From: Bacteroidales bacterium
GTDB lineage: Bacteria; Bacteroidota; Bacteroidia; Bacteroidales; UBA12077
DNA: 64,000 nt
Reading direction: 5' to 3'
Assembly (NCBI GenBank): GCA_028282585.1
Contig: JANQHR010000046.1
Location: 57,021 to 121,020 of the forward strand
Positions 48,601 to 56,900 of this stretch are shown one piece after another (within the stretch, counting starts at the first letter, position 1; every line of letters begins with the position of its first letter). Below the pieces are notes generated by a model. The model made no database searches. It was not told where the DNA came from and saw only the letters and a program-made list of their open reading frames with translations. Position numbers and translations under genes: made by a program.

Positions 48601-49670
48601 TGGCCTACATTTGCTTTTAGCGACCCTATTCCGCAAAAGGACTTCTTTGAGCTATTAAACGCTTTTTTTAAAGCTTCAATCTCAACGGGATCTCCCAACT
48701 TAGTTCCTGTTCCATGAGCTTCAATATATCCAACACTTTCAGAAGGAACTTCTGCCATCTTTAATGCAGCTTCAATTACAGATTTCTGCCCCTTAACACT
48801 TGGAGCTGTATATCCAACCTTTTGATTTCCATCATTATTAACCGAGGAACCTTTAATAATAGCATAGATATTATCACGATCTTTTATTGCATGATTTAAT
48901 TTCTTTAATACAACCAAACCTACACCCTCGCCTACTGCAATACCACTTGCATTTTTATCAAAAGCTCTACAATGTCCATCCTTAGATAACACCATTCCCT
49001 CTTTATAGACATAGCCCTTTGATTCTAAAATATTTAAATTAACACCACCAGCAACAGCCATATCACATTCTCCGGTCAACAAAGCCCTGCATGCCAAATG
49101 TATTGCTACAAGTGAAGTAGAACATGTTGACTGTACTAAAACACTTGGTCCTTTTAAGTTTAAATTATATGAAACTCTTGTTGTTAAATAGTCCCTCTCG
49201 TTAAATAAAGAAGCAAAAAATGTATCTAAACCCAGTTCTCTTTCATTTAACATGGATATTACTTTCCATTCAAAGTCTGAGGAAGATCCGGCATATAATC
49301 CAATAGAACCTTTATAATCCTCCGGATTATATCCTGCATCCTCTAATGCATGCCATGTAGATTCATGTAAAATCCTAGATTGAGGATTTAATGCTTGTGC
49401 CTCGTTTGGGGCGTATCCGAAAAAATCAGGATCAAAAAGATCCTTACCATCCATTATTCCTCCCTTACAATTTACATATTGACTGTCGTTTTTTACTTTT
49501 GGATCAATATCTAGATTTTCAACCTCTCCTTTGGTTAAAAAAGTTATTGATTCAACTCCATTCTTTAAATTTTCCCAGAATTCAATCGTATTAACAGCTC
49601 CTGGAAATCTTGCTGAAATTCCGATAACAGCTATTTCAAGACCATTATATTTAGAGTTTTGTTTAGTCAT
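39624..49670 (-). CDS. Hybrid PKS-NRPS: KS-AT-KR-DH-ACP-C-A(Gly)-T-C
   Basis: KS STCSTS, HGTGT, NVGH; AT GQGSQ, GHSIG, VAGHS; KR GALGGLG, YTAAN; DH EHRILDKATMPG and HPGLVD; ACP GGNSV; C HHIIADA; A code DILQLGMIWK (Gly); T GGHSL; terminal C HHIISDA. Confidence 0.93.
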   Translation of the reverse strand: MTKQNSKYNGLEIAVIGISARFPGAVNTIEFWENLKNGVESITFLTKGEVENLDIDPKVKNDSQYVNCKGGIMDGKDLFDPDFFGYAPNEAQALNPQSRILHESTWHALEDAGYNPEDYKGSIGLYAGSSSDFEWKVISMLNERELGLDTFFASLFNERDYLTTRVSYNLNLKGPSVLVQSTCSTSLVAIHLACRALLTGECDMAVAGGVNLNILESKGYVYKEGMVLSKDGHCRAFDKNASGIAVGEGVGLVVLKKLNHAIKDRDNIYAIIKGSSVNNDGNQKVGYTAPSVKGQKSVIEAALKMAEVPSESVGYIEAHGTGTKLGDPVEIEALKKAFNSSKKSFCGIGSLKANVGHMGTASGVGSFIKGILSLKHRMIPPSINFEEPNPSLGIEDSPFYINRNLKEWTNNEYPLRAGVSSFGIGGTNAHVIIEEAPELKYSKQEKEYKLLLVSANNEESLKENIKKLTEFLQNNCDINLSDISYTLSVGRKEFDHRAYLICSDIDDALGKLNKVEEKGFIKKICQNSNSPIVFMFSGQGSQYINMGLGLYKTEPEFRNVMDNCFKILSTISDYNYKEIIYPSTEEFLNETVIDNIDVSPVITFVIEYSLAKLLMDWDIKPSALIGHSIGEYTAACLSGVLTLEDALDLVSYRGYLMTKLPEGVMLNIPLESSKLSEYLNDQISLAADHGESCIISGSVDSISFVEKLLKENRIICQRLKINVAGHSRDMEMIMNEYKQKLQTKVLSTPQIPYISNVTGEWITIEDAGSVDYWVMQLRKTVQFSKGLEELSKLEDPVFCEIGPGNSLSTITYQFIKNVPNKKIFNTIRLENQEYSDVFYLVSRIGYLWLNGIKINWQKYYHGEERRRISLPGYSFSKKKFEINESLAENILQKRDISELVQVNDNIKERLGIDNWTYFPIWKPTILNYTDSGEVNSDKVCLVFANNEKICSRLIDRFNKIYESTIIVKEGNKFNINKNNEAEIRPGNEKDLNKLIEYLKNKNTIPEMVVHLWNLSNEKHNLKEIEKVKRSQNLGFYSLLFLAKAYANNSITNKVELCVVTDQMQSISGSQIQYPEKATLLGAIRTIPLELSNFRCKSVDIAQNIEGEKEELQLINSILDEILINTKDRIISYQNNHRFALNYERVNINTGKDKELYLKKNGAYLITGALGGLGLEIAEYLAKNVSANLILVSRSKFPDESEWDKLLNKPNSDQIVEKINKLKFIKSFGHDTIICNSDISNYNSVNNIVRNGIKKFGRIDGIIHCAGLPGGGLIQLKTTQKVEEVFTTKLYGTLVINRIIEELKLDLDFVLLFSSLNAIYPNVGTIDYTAANAFLDAFAYYKNTQNTKYISINWDAWQEVGGAVKTLKQLSNPFNENSFIKRKIDHFLFRKYISNENESILISYIHSENDWIVNEHRILDKATMPGTGYLQMLYAAVQFLYPKNDSVEIRALHILRAMVFEKDENKEIHTIITQKGDLLDFKILSYYEDEDSWIEHCKGQVSILEAKLNIQENIDYFKNQELKPTKALENNLHENEYLRFGKRWRNNNVKIKVGENIGLSDIIIGEESLEDLKEYSLHPGLVDVALSPILSKGAFLPAYYHKITIIKPLTKNFCSLVRLNKSENEDFINYDFVLSDDSGTILKVEGYNLLDISNSEIKSTDSGELSNYTSSDFINYVSPEKIIKEESEKVNYYLKDAIKPSEGKIIFSRALACNLNQIIVSTIDLEQRKIDDNKELESKLINSSSSVKNLNLRTRPELSTNYVAPNNDIEEQLVKIWEDHLTFEGIGVFDDFFELGGNSVKAILIINSIREKLNFNIKIADFFKNKNVKKLTDYLNRSSIADSTNSINILPSEKKEYYTISSAQKRLFILDSLTNRTISFNLPHCYRIKGEFYTERLQCSIELLIKRYESLRTSFKIIKGDAVQIVHDPEEILFDKLNVTKIDNNELEDIFENSILPFDLSKAPLFRIKVFKISDDDHLLFIDIHHIIADAYSCRLFINQLFDTYQSNSTSFKPINIQYKEFGIWQENRNKLEEFESQKKYWLNLLNGNLPILNLPVDFSRPVLQSTNSDLIVVELDSVLTTKIKEFCTNIGVTSYVYFLSVYYILLYKYTNQKDIIIGSTIFGRSSKDFEELIGIFINILPIRIQIDIKQTLLDFFNLIKDKTIEAMSNQDYQFDDLVNDLKIERDTSHNPVFEAGFSYLGFDESSELKNLSDNLDIKPVKIFNKEAAKNDITIYCNESDTIEISVEYCSDIFRKDFINQFTNHFRNLLITLIDNSSVRLYDIECNLPDEKSKLIERFNETTYEYPQTRSIHELFEDRSDDTPDHVAISYGKSLLTYKELSIRSNQMANYLRDQGVLPGQTIGLLSGRSLELIIGIFGILKSGCSYLPLDPSYPELRIKNIIESSGIDYLLSDNSLNKVLTDNLTVLDINYPLIHTYPGLLSFPDTTTPTDLAYIIYTTGSTGTPKGVMIEHKSLVNFVYGINKEIPFSTTDCLFSLTTISFDIFGLELFVPLLRGSRLVLGNEQEQLDGDLILRRLEEFGVTILQLTPSRLQLLLGSDRVGRSLRNLKSLLLGGEELSLQLLENVRQLTNAEIFNMYGPTETTIWSSIKNVTREKEISIGKPIVNTQLYVLDESNGLVPQGCIGELCIGGDGLARGYFQDEALSSEKFIEHPFESTGKLYKTGDLARWLPDGNLMFLGRTDYQVKIRGFRIELREIERVILGHENISECVVLCREEEGDKYLCAYYVPGSKIDQSELRNYLGGILPDYMVPGYFEELTSLPLTSNGKIDRKSLPKPEIRSGKDYVAPRSTTELQLVKIWSEILQIEEKEISINDSFFDLGGHSLKATILISRIFEEFNVKLTLSDVFINQDISKLSAVVNSSKKLEYETIKSSEKKDYYELSAAQRRLFLLYQLNKNSTSYNLPGIYSFEDELDKDLIKDIFLKLINRHESLRTSFSYYNDKLIQKITDDVNFDIEYIDLRNLNNQDFKKSSNLNQVIKNFIQPFDLNDPPLLRACIAQTESKSYLLFDLHHIISDAISNDILIEDFLSLYNKKELFPLKLQYKDYAEWANSQHNLNLDKQLNYWLNKFKDPFEILKLPVNRIKLEEPESENYLFSIDKNLHKKIREYTKGNNTTLYAFLLSVYNILLFKYTNQENFFIGTPVAGRIDNNLNNIVGFFINMLPVKSYIDTDLEYETYLNKIKNETIVDFENQDLPYDELIFHLRKSGKLSEFDLINTVFTMQYIDEGTNQINNTINAQREKNLHNKNLKYLLTLDAFGSSSRTNMLFRYASDSFNQDFISQMADHFQRIIELVINNNSIILSQINLTNNYILANSELIENHEEEFNF

Positions 49671-49791
49671 CTTCCTCTACTTTGGATAGTAAATAAAAAT
49701 ACATTTAGATCAGTATTTATATTCTAAAGTTTATGATATAAACTATTGATCGATTATAAAATCTATAACACTTAGGTTTAAGTATGTCTAA

Positions 49792-50937
49792 TTATTTAGT
49801 ATTGTAATAATACTTTCTGAGTGCGTAACTGGATATTATGTTTTTTTGTATTTGTGATGTTCCTTCAATTATCTCCAATACCTTAGCTTCTCTAAATAAC
49901 CTTTCAACAGGGTATTCTGAATAACATCCATTTCCTCCATGAACTTGTACAGCATCAATAGCAACATTCATTGCAATTTTTGAGGAAAAATATTTTGCAA
50001 TTGTAGTTTTTATTACAGCTTCATGACCTTTATTCATTCTATTATTTGCAGCTTCAATACATAAGGCTCTTGCTGCATGGATATTTGTAGTAGCATCAGC
50101 AATCATTCCCTGAATATGTTGAAAGGTATGTATACCTTTCCCAAATTGATTTCTATTTCTTGAATATTTCACCATTGCATCTAACGCTTCCTGTGCAATA
50201 GCAACACCCGCCCAAGCAATACTATATCTTCCATTATCAAGCGCAGTATTAACAACAAATGAAAAGCCGCATCCTTCTTTGCTTAACAAATTCTCACGAG
50301 GTATTTCTACATTTTTAAATTCAATTTCTGATATATGTGAAGCTTTATTAGCTAATAAACCTTTTATTGGCTTAACTTCTATCCCCTCATAATTGCGTTC
50401 AACAATAAAAGTAGATATTCCTTTTTCTCCTCTTGCTACAACTATGAAGAAATCAGCAATTTCAGCAAAACTTATCCATTTTTTCTTTCCATTTAGAATA
50501 TATCCGGAATTAGAATCTGAATATGAACACTGAATATTTTTTGCATCCGTACCTACATTTGGTTCAGTTAAAGCAAAAGCCCCAATCTTCTCTCCTGTTG
50601 ACATCATTGGTAACCATCTCATCTTTTGTTCAATACTCCCCCATTTTAGCAAAGTTTCAGCAACTAAAGAGGTATTAACAGTTATTAATCCACGCGTATT
50701 ACAACATGCTTTACCAATTTCTTCCGTAAACAATCCATAATGAAGTGAATCTAGCTCAAGGCCACCAAAATCTCTTGGTATACTTGCAGTTAAGTATCCA
50801 TTTTTAGCTAAATTAGTAATTAAATCATTTGGCAGTTTTTCCTCGTTTTCAAAAATAGTAGCAAAAGGCCTTATCTTTTTTTGAGCAAATTCTTTTACTT
50901 CTTCAATAACAGTATTTTGATCTATCAAATTATTCAT
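49792..50937 (-). CDS. Acyl-CoA/acyl-ACP dehydrogenase (FkbI/ZmaE-like)
   Basis: GAFALTEPNVGTD, LNGKKKWIS, RNQFGK, AVQVHGGNG and EIIEGTSQIQ. Located in the FkbH cassette. Start may be 50937 or 50961. Confidence 0.9.
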   Translation of the reverse strand: MNNLIDQNTVIEEVKEFAQKKIRPFATIFENEEKLPNDLITNLAKNGYLTASIPRDFGGLELDSLHYGLFTEEIGKACCNTRGLITVNTSLVAETLLKWGSIEQKMRWLPMMSTGEKIGAFALTEPNVGTDAKNIQCSYSDSNSGYILNGKKKWISFAEIADFFIVVARGEKGISTFIVERNYEGIEVKPIKGLLANKASHISEIEFKNVEIPRENLLSKEGCGFSFVVNTALDNGRYSIAWAGVAIAQEALDAMVKYSRNRNQFGKGIHTFQHIQGMIADATTNIHAARALCIEAANNRMNKGHEAVIKTTIAKYFSSKIAMNVAIDAVQVHGGNGCYSEYPVERLFREAKVLEIIEGTSQIQKNIISSYALRKYYYNTK

Positions 50938-50948
50938 TGCCTCTTTAG

Positions 50949-51650
50949 TTATAAACTGCAAATGGCAACGGTAAAATCGTAGACATACCCATTACTACTC
51001 AAGCTCTGCCTCACTTTTAAACCTCCATTCTCCAGTATATTAATCAGTTCCGACTCTTTCAATAGTTCTCTGTATCCTAAATTGAGTTCTGGATGCATTT
51101 CCATAAAAACTCGTGTTAGAACAGTATCTGTAGGTACTGAGATAATTATAACACCATCTTCGGCTACATATTTTTTATGTTGCTCAATGATTGATGTTTT
51201 ATCCATAAAGTGTTCAATAAGCCCAAAACTCCCTACAATATCATACTTTTGATCCAGTGATAAGTCAAAAATATCTTCACGTAAGTAAGATATATTTTTA
51301 ACAACAGTATCCTTTATCAGTGAAAAAGAATTAAACGCTTCTTCTGATTTGTCAACAAGCGTGGCCCTTCCTCCATACTGATTTAAAAGCCATCGGCTTA
51401 AAAATCCAGTTGCGGCTCCTAACTCAAGTATTTTAGGATTTGATTTTATTTTTTCTGTTGATAAAAGTTCAAGCATTAGTCTAGTAAAAGAAAACGATAA
51501 TCTGAATTTGTCTTCTTTTAATAATTCTCGTATTTGAAAAAATAGCTTTTCTTTATCACAACTATTGATTAGTTCCTTATTTCTATCCTTTGAAAAAAAC
51601 ATGTCCCATTCGAAACCTTCTTTTGATAAATAATCTGTTGTTATATACAT
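50949..51650 (-). CDS. Class I SAM-dependent methyltransferase
   Basis: Motif I ILELGAATG, LVDKS and YDIVGSFGLIEH. Confidence 0.85.
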   Translation of the reverse strand: MYITTDYLSKEGFEWDMFFSKDRNKELINSCDKEKLFFQIRELLKEDKFRLSFSFTRLMLELLSTEKIKSNPKILELGAATGFLSRWLLNQYGGRATLVDKSEEAFNSFSLIKDTVVKNISYLREDIFDLSLDQKYDIVGSFGLIEHFMDKTSIIEQHKKYVAEDGVIIISVPTDTVLTRVFMEMHPELNLGYRELLKESELINILENGGLKVRQSLSSNGYVYDFTVAICSL

Positions 51651-51691
51651 TTTAAAAACGATATTATTTAATCCGATAAAAGCAATTATGT

Positions 51692-51937
51692 TCAGTTCCT
51701 ATTTTTATTGATAAGATTAATGATATTATCAATAGAACTAAAATTTGAGATATCAATATCTTCATTATTTACAGAAATACTAAACTCACTCTCCACATAA
51801 CTAAGCAGTTTCATTGCAAAAAGAGAATTAACAAATCCTTTTTCAAAAATGTTATCACTATCAGAAAAAATGACTTCATCATTAAAAACTATTAAATTGC
51901 TTTCGATGAATTTTCTAATCTTATCTTTAGTTTCCAT
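51692..51937 (-). CDS. Stand-alone acyl carrier protein (FkbJ/ZmaD-like)
   Basis: 81 aa with IFEKGFVNSLFAMKL (phosphopantetheine Ser) and NFSSIDNI; adjacent to FkbH. Confidence 0.88.
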   Translation of the reverse strand: METKDKIRKFIESNLIVFNDEVIFSDSDNIFEKGFVNSLFAMKLLSYVESEFSISVNNEDIDISNFSSIDNIINLINKNRN

Positions 51938-51949
51938 AATTTTAAAAAT

Positions 51950-52984
51950 TTAGTTTATTGATAATTTAATATATGGTGGAAATTCTTGAATTTTTTCAAG
52001 AGTATTTTCGAATTTTATGTAGCCGTTATCTAAAACTAATACTTCCTTAAAATTGGAAAATTTATATGTTACGTACATCATTTTATTACGATCCGTCTTG
52101 ATAAAATCTGCAGTTACCTTTTTATTTTCTGTTTTTGCTTGTTTCATAATATAAGAAAGTAGTACTGATCCTACACCACGTGATATAACTCGACAAGACA
52201 TTAATAATAGTTTTACTTCCCATGTAATTTCGGTAATATGTATTAAACCCAAACCTATTTTTCCATATGATCCATACTTGTCTTTTAATTCACAAACCAA
52301 TAATTTATGATTAGGAGATGATCTAAAATAGTTAAGTTCCTTATAACTATATGTTTTCCCTGTTGCATTTAATTGATTAGTACGCACAGTCAACTCCTCG
52401 GCTCGTTGAAGATCTTCTTCAGCTGCTTCTGAAATAATAAATTCCATATTTAATGAGGCTAAAAACTCATCTTTGGGTCCTTCATACTCTTCTTCAAGTC
52501 TTGTTCTTTTAATATTCTCAAGATACATTAATCTTCTTCGTTGAGAATCTTTTGTTATAAATTTCGGATTAAATCGTGATCTAGATAATAATTCTTTATA
52601 ATCTACTGAATCAATACATTCAACTTGAGGACACTGGGATTTAACCTCCTCTCTTTCATATGGTTGATCATCAATAAAAACAATTGTATCAATTCCAATA
52701 TTTAAATCTTTTTGTATTTGAGCGACCGATGCTGACTTAGCATTCCAATTAATTTGAGGATATAAAAAATAATGATCTATGCTGAATTCTTTCAATTTTC
52801 TCATAGCATCATCATAGTTATTCTTACTTGATATTGAGTTTAAAATCCCTCTAGAATCTAATGTATTTAATATATCCTCTATACCGGTTTTTAATTTTAT
52901 GGTTTTAGACTCAGTTAAAACATTATCCCAAATTGTGTTATCTAAATCCCAAATAACACATTTAACCTCTTTCTTATATTCCAC
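51950..52984 (-). CDS. fkbH: FkbH-like glyceryl-ACP synthase (HAD-IIIC)
   Basis: KCVIWDLDNTIW, SISSKN, FIDDQPYER, RTNQLN and LLMSCRV; GTG start. Confidence 0.92.
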   Translation of the reverse strand: MEYKKEVKCVIWDLDNTIWDNVLTESKTIKLKTGIEDILNTLDSRGILNSISSKNNYDDAMRKLKEFSIDHYFLYPQINWNAKSASVAQIQKDLNIGIDTIVFIDDQPYEREEVKSQCPQVECIDSVDYKELLSRSRFNPKFITKDSQRRRLMYLENIKRTRLEEEYEGPKDEFLASLNMEFIISEAAEEDLQRAEELTVRTNQLNATGKTYSYKELNYFRSSPNHKLLVCELKDKYGSYGKIGLGLIHITEITWEVKLLLMSCRVISRGVGSVLLSYIMKQAKTENKKVTADFIKTDRNKMMYVTYKFSNFKEVLVLDNGYIKFENTLEKIQEFPPYIKLSIN

Positions 52985-53002
52985 CTTATTAATAGATAAA
53001 CA

Positions 53003-53857
53003 TTAGTATTTATAAAATCCTTTGCCCGTTTTTTTACCATAATCTCCAGCATGTACCATTTTTTTCAACAAAGGACAACATCTAAATTTAGGATCCTGAT
53101 ATTCCTCATAAAGAACATCTAACGAATTAACAACCGTATCTAAACCTATTAAGTCAGCTGTTTCTAACGGGCCCATTTTATGGCCATAACCACGCTTAAA
53201 TATTTCATCAATTTTATCAGGGCTAGCAACTTGGTCTTGAACCAAAAATGCAGCTTCATTCATAAATAAATGTGACAGTCGATTTGCAACAAAACCTGGA
53301 AAGTCTTCTACAACTATTGCCTTTTTATTTAATAGTTTAAGTATTTTCTCTGCTTTATCAATTGTGTCTTTACTAGTATGATATCCTTTAACAACTTCCA
53401 CTATATTTTTAAGTGGAACGGGATTCATAAAATGTAATCCAATCACGTTTTCGGATTTTTCAAATTCGCCTGCAATTTTAGTTATTGAAATACAACTAGT
53501 ATTTACAGCAAAAATTTCCCATTCAATTTTTTCGTTTTTTAACTCTGTGTATAAACTCTTTTTAGTATTCCAATTTTCGGTTATATTTTCAACAATAATA
53601 TCAAGTTCTTTAAAATCCTCCCATTCTTTTGTAAAAGTAATCTTAGCCAAAACGTGCTCTGTACTTACATGAGCAAATTCCTGTTTTATCATTTTCACTA
53701 ACCTTAATTCACTACCTAGCTTTTGTTTGGCATTAAGTAGTGCATTTTCTGAAATATCCTTCAATATTACATTACAATTGTTCAGTGCAAAATCAAGAGC
53801 AACGCCTACTCCCATAACCCCTGCTCCGATTACACCAACACTTATTTCTTTATTCAT
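53003..53857 (-). CDS. 3-hydroxyacyl-CoA/ACP dehydrogenase (FkbK/ZmaG-like)
   Basis: GVIGAGVMG, NTSCISI, GLHFMNP, PGFVANR and MGPLETADLIGLD. ATG 53857 preferred. Confidence 0.9.
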   Translation of the reverse strand: MNKEISVGVIGAGVMGVGVALDFALNNCNVILKDISENALLNAKQKLGSELRLVKMIKQEFAHVSTEHVLAKITFTKEWEDFKELDIIVENITENWNTKKSLYTELKNEKIEWEIFAVNTSCISITKIAGEFEKSENVIGLHFMNPVPLKNIVEVVKGYHTSKDTIDKAEKILKLLNKKAIVVEDFPGFVANRLSHLFMNEAAFLVQDQVASPDKIDEIFKRGYGHKMGPLETADLIGLDTVVNSLDVLYEEYQDPKFRCCPLLKKMVHAGDYGKKTGKGFYKY

Positions 53858-53933
53858 TTTTCTATTTTTAATAAACAATCTATATATGTTAGAATGGATG
53901 TATCCAGTATGTTGCAACTATAGTTGACTGAAT

Positions 53934-56900
53934 TTAATTATTCAAAAAGCTATTTTTCATAAAATCTTTTCCTTCTTCTAAAGTTTCGAAATTATTCACA
54001 GTAGTATTTTCTTCACTCTGTTCAGATTCCAAATGATCTGTTAATCCTTTTATAGTGGTATACGTAAATAAGGTTGTAATAGGAATTTCTTTGTCGAGTA
54101 ACTCGTTTAGTTTAGTATTCACTAAAATTAAACTTAAAGAGCTTCCTCCGAGATCAAAGAAATTATCATTTACACCTATTCTATTTAGTTTTAAAACTTC
54201 TTTCCAAATTGCTTCAACCGACTTCTCCATTTTGCTTTCAGGTGCAACATATGTTGTCCCTGTCATGGCCCTATCTTTTTGCGGTGCAGGAAGTGATTTA
54301 AAGTCAATTTTACCACTAATTGTCAACGGAATAGAAGGAATCTCTGTGAAATATGAAGGTACCATATATTCAGGTAATGATTCTAATAGAAATTCTCTTA
54401 AGGTATTTGAATTAACATTTTCTGAAAAACCATTCACCGGAATGAAATAAGCTGCAATATATTTCTCATCATCTCTAATATTTACTTTTTCGCTCACCCC
54501 CAGCCTTCTTAAAAAGTTACCATATGCCTTTTCGGAGACCTTACAATTTAAATCTTCTTCAACGTTCTCAAGGGATAAGTGATCTAGTCTTTTTTCCCAA
54601 CTTGTTGCTGAACCATAATAATGAAATCCATGATCTTTCATAAAACCATAATCTCCAATTTCTTTTATAGCACAGTTTGTTGAATAAACTGCAAAGTCTT
54701 TTTTCTTTTTCCAGTATGAGTCTTGTTTATTTAAATAGGTTATTAAATCCTCATTTTTAATATCACAAAACCTATAAAAATCCAGAAACCTCACTTTATC
54801 ATGTATTCTACCGTCCGTTACTACATCTATATCAACTAAGTCAAATATTTTACTATCAATCTTTGGAGTATTCTTTTGCATATTTAATATTTCCTTTTCA
54901 ATTAACTGATTATCCATATTTTCAGATTTCATGAAAATATTAAGTTTGTTTTCAATTATTTGACCCCTTGAAAGTGTAGCTCCAATAACAACTTTAATAT
55001 CGTGTTTGTAAGCATACTCAGCAGCAAGCGAACTTGATACATGAAAACATCCCCTACATACAGTCGAAAAGGATTTCATACTTTCTTTAAGTATAATATC
55101 AGATATATCGTGCTTTAAAATGATATTTTCAACACCCAACGATGATGTTACATATTTTATATTCTTAATATCTGATTTAGAAAAGTAACCATTGTCATAT
55201 GTTAAAGTTAATACCTTCAAACCCATTTTAACCAGTTGATATAAAGCATAACCTGCTCCCCGTCCTCCTGCATAAAGTAAAATACAATCATATTTACTTT
55301 CTTTATCTTTATTTTGCTCTTTTACAAAAGTTTGAAGATCATCTAAAGATTTAAAATATTCATTAATGACTTTACTATTTTTTTCCAAGGAATTACACTG
55401 GTTACAGATATTACTGTCATCTATCTTAATCTCTGGATAAGTAGAATTAATTCCGCATTTTTTACAATATTTTAATTCCGGTTTATCATCCTTTGGCGAC
55501 CTAACCATTAAAACACAGTCCTTAATATTCTGATGTTTTTGTAAAGCATTCTTTATTTCTCCAAGTTCAATTCTATATCCTCTAACCTTAACCTGTTCGT
55601 CTTTTCTTCCTTTAATTTCAATATTCCCATCTATTAACCTTCTACCAATATCTCCGGTTTTATAAAGTTTCCCTTCTCCAAATGGATTATCAATAAATAC
55701 TTCATTTGTTTTTTTCCAATTATTAATATATCCTCTTGCAATACTATCTCCTGCTATACAAATCTCACCATAATAACCAAGTGGTTTTTGTTGTAAATCG
55801 TCCGAAAGAATATATACTTGATTATTTGCAACATTATTGCCAATAGGAATTATTTCTCGAGTATCATCTTTCTTTAAAGGATAAAATGTATTATTAATAG
55901 TACCTTCTGTTGGACCATAAGTATTAACAACCCTACCTTCCAAATAATTATGGAAATTTCTAACAACATTGGCAGCAACAGGTTCAGCTCCTATAAACAG
56001 GAGTGGTATTTTAATTTTAATATCATTTTCATAGGAATCTAAAATATGGGTAATAGCAGTAAACATAGATGCTGTGCAGTACATCTTTGTAATTTCAGTA
56101 GCTTTTGACAGAAGTTTTATTAAATGGTTAGCATCTTTACTTATTATGTCATTAATGACTTTTACTTTAGCACCTTTGTACAATGGCCAAAATACTTCGA
56201 AAACTGACGGATCGAATGTAAGATTTGTACGTTGTGCCATTACATCAGTTTCTAACATCCCAAATTCCTTATCCATCCAGAATACACAATTATTTACTTG
56301 TTTGTGTTCCACCATTACACCTTTTGGCACTCCTGTTGATCCTGATGTGTACATAACAAAAGCCAAATCACTACCATTGGTGGGTATATCCAAATTCGAA
56401 GATGGTTTATCTTTTAATTGATCAACCATTTGATCAATAATTATAATATTCCTGGTATCCAGCACATTTTTTTGTAATATTTTTTTATATACAATTCCAT
56501 TTATAGACTCTAGTTGCCTAGTATCAGGAATATTAAAGTCATTCTTAAAAAATTCCTTAAGTAATTCTTCAAAAGTATATTCTCCTTCACCAAGTACAGC
56601 TAAATCAACATTTTCATCTTTTAGAATAGTATCGTAATCACTTGATGCATACGGCCCACCTACAATTAATGGAACCTTTATTCCCCAATTTCTAATAATA
56701 GAAACTGTTTGGTGAAAAAAGTCTCTGTAAAAAGTCAAAGTTCTTATTCCAATTAGATCTGGATTAAACTCTTTTACCAAGGTTTGCAACTCCTGGTAAT
56801 TATCAAAATCAACACCTGCCTTATATATAAGCCCATCGATCTTATCCTTGAATTTCTTTTTAAGATATGTCAATAAGTATACTAAACCAATAGGTTGTTC

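Noticed and set aside
51692-51937. 81 aa ORF as a RiPP precursor for the many radical SAM enzymes
   Set aside because: It has the GFVNSL carrier-protein motif and lies in the FkbH cassette, so it is an ACP.
31007-53857. Identification as a zwittermicin, iturin or occidiofungin cluster
   Set aside because: It shares parts (FkbH cassette, Asn/Ser modules, split C junctions), but the module order, embedded radical SAM/GNAT/GT domains and lack of E domains do not fit those pathways as I know them.
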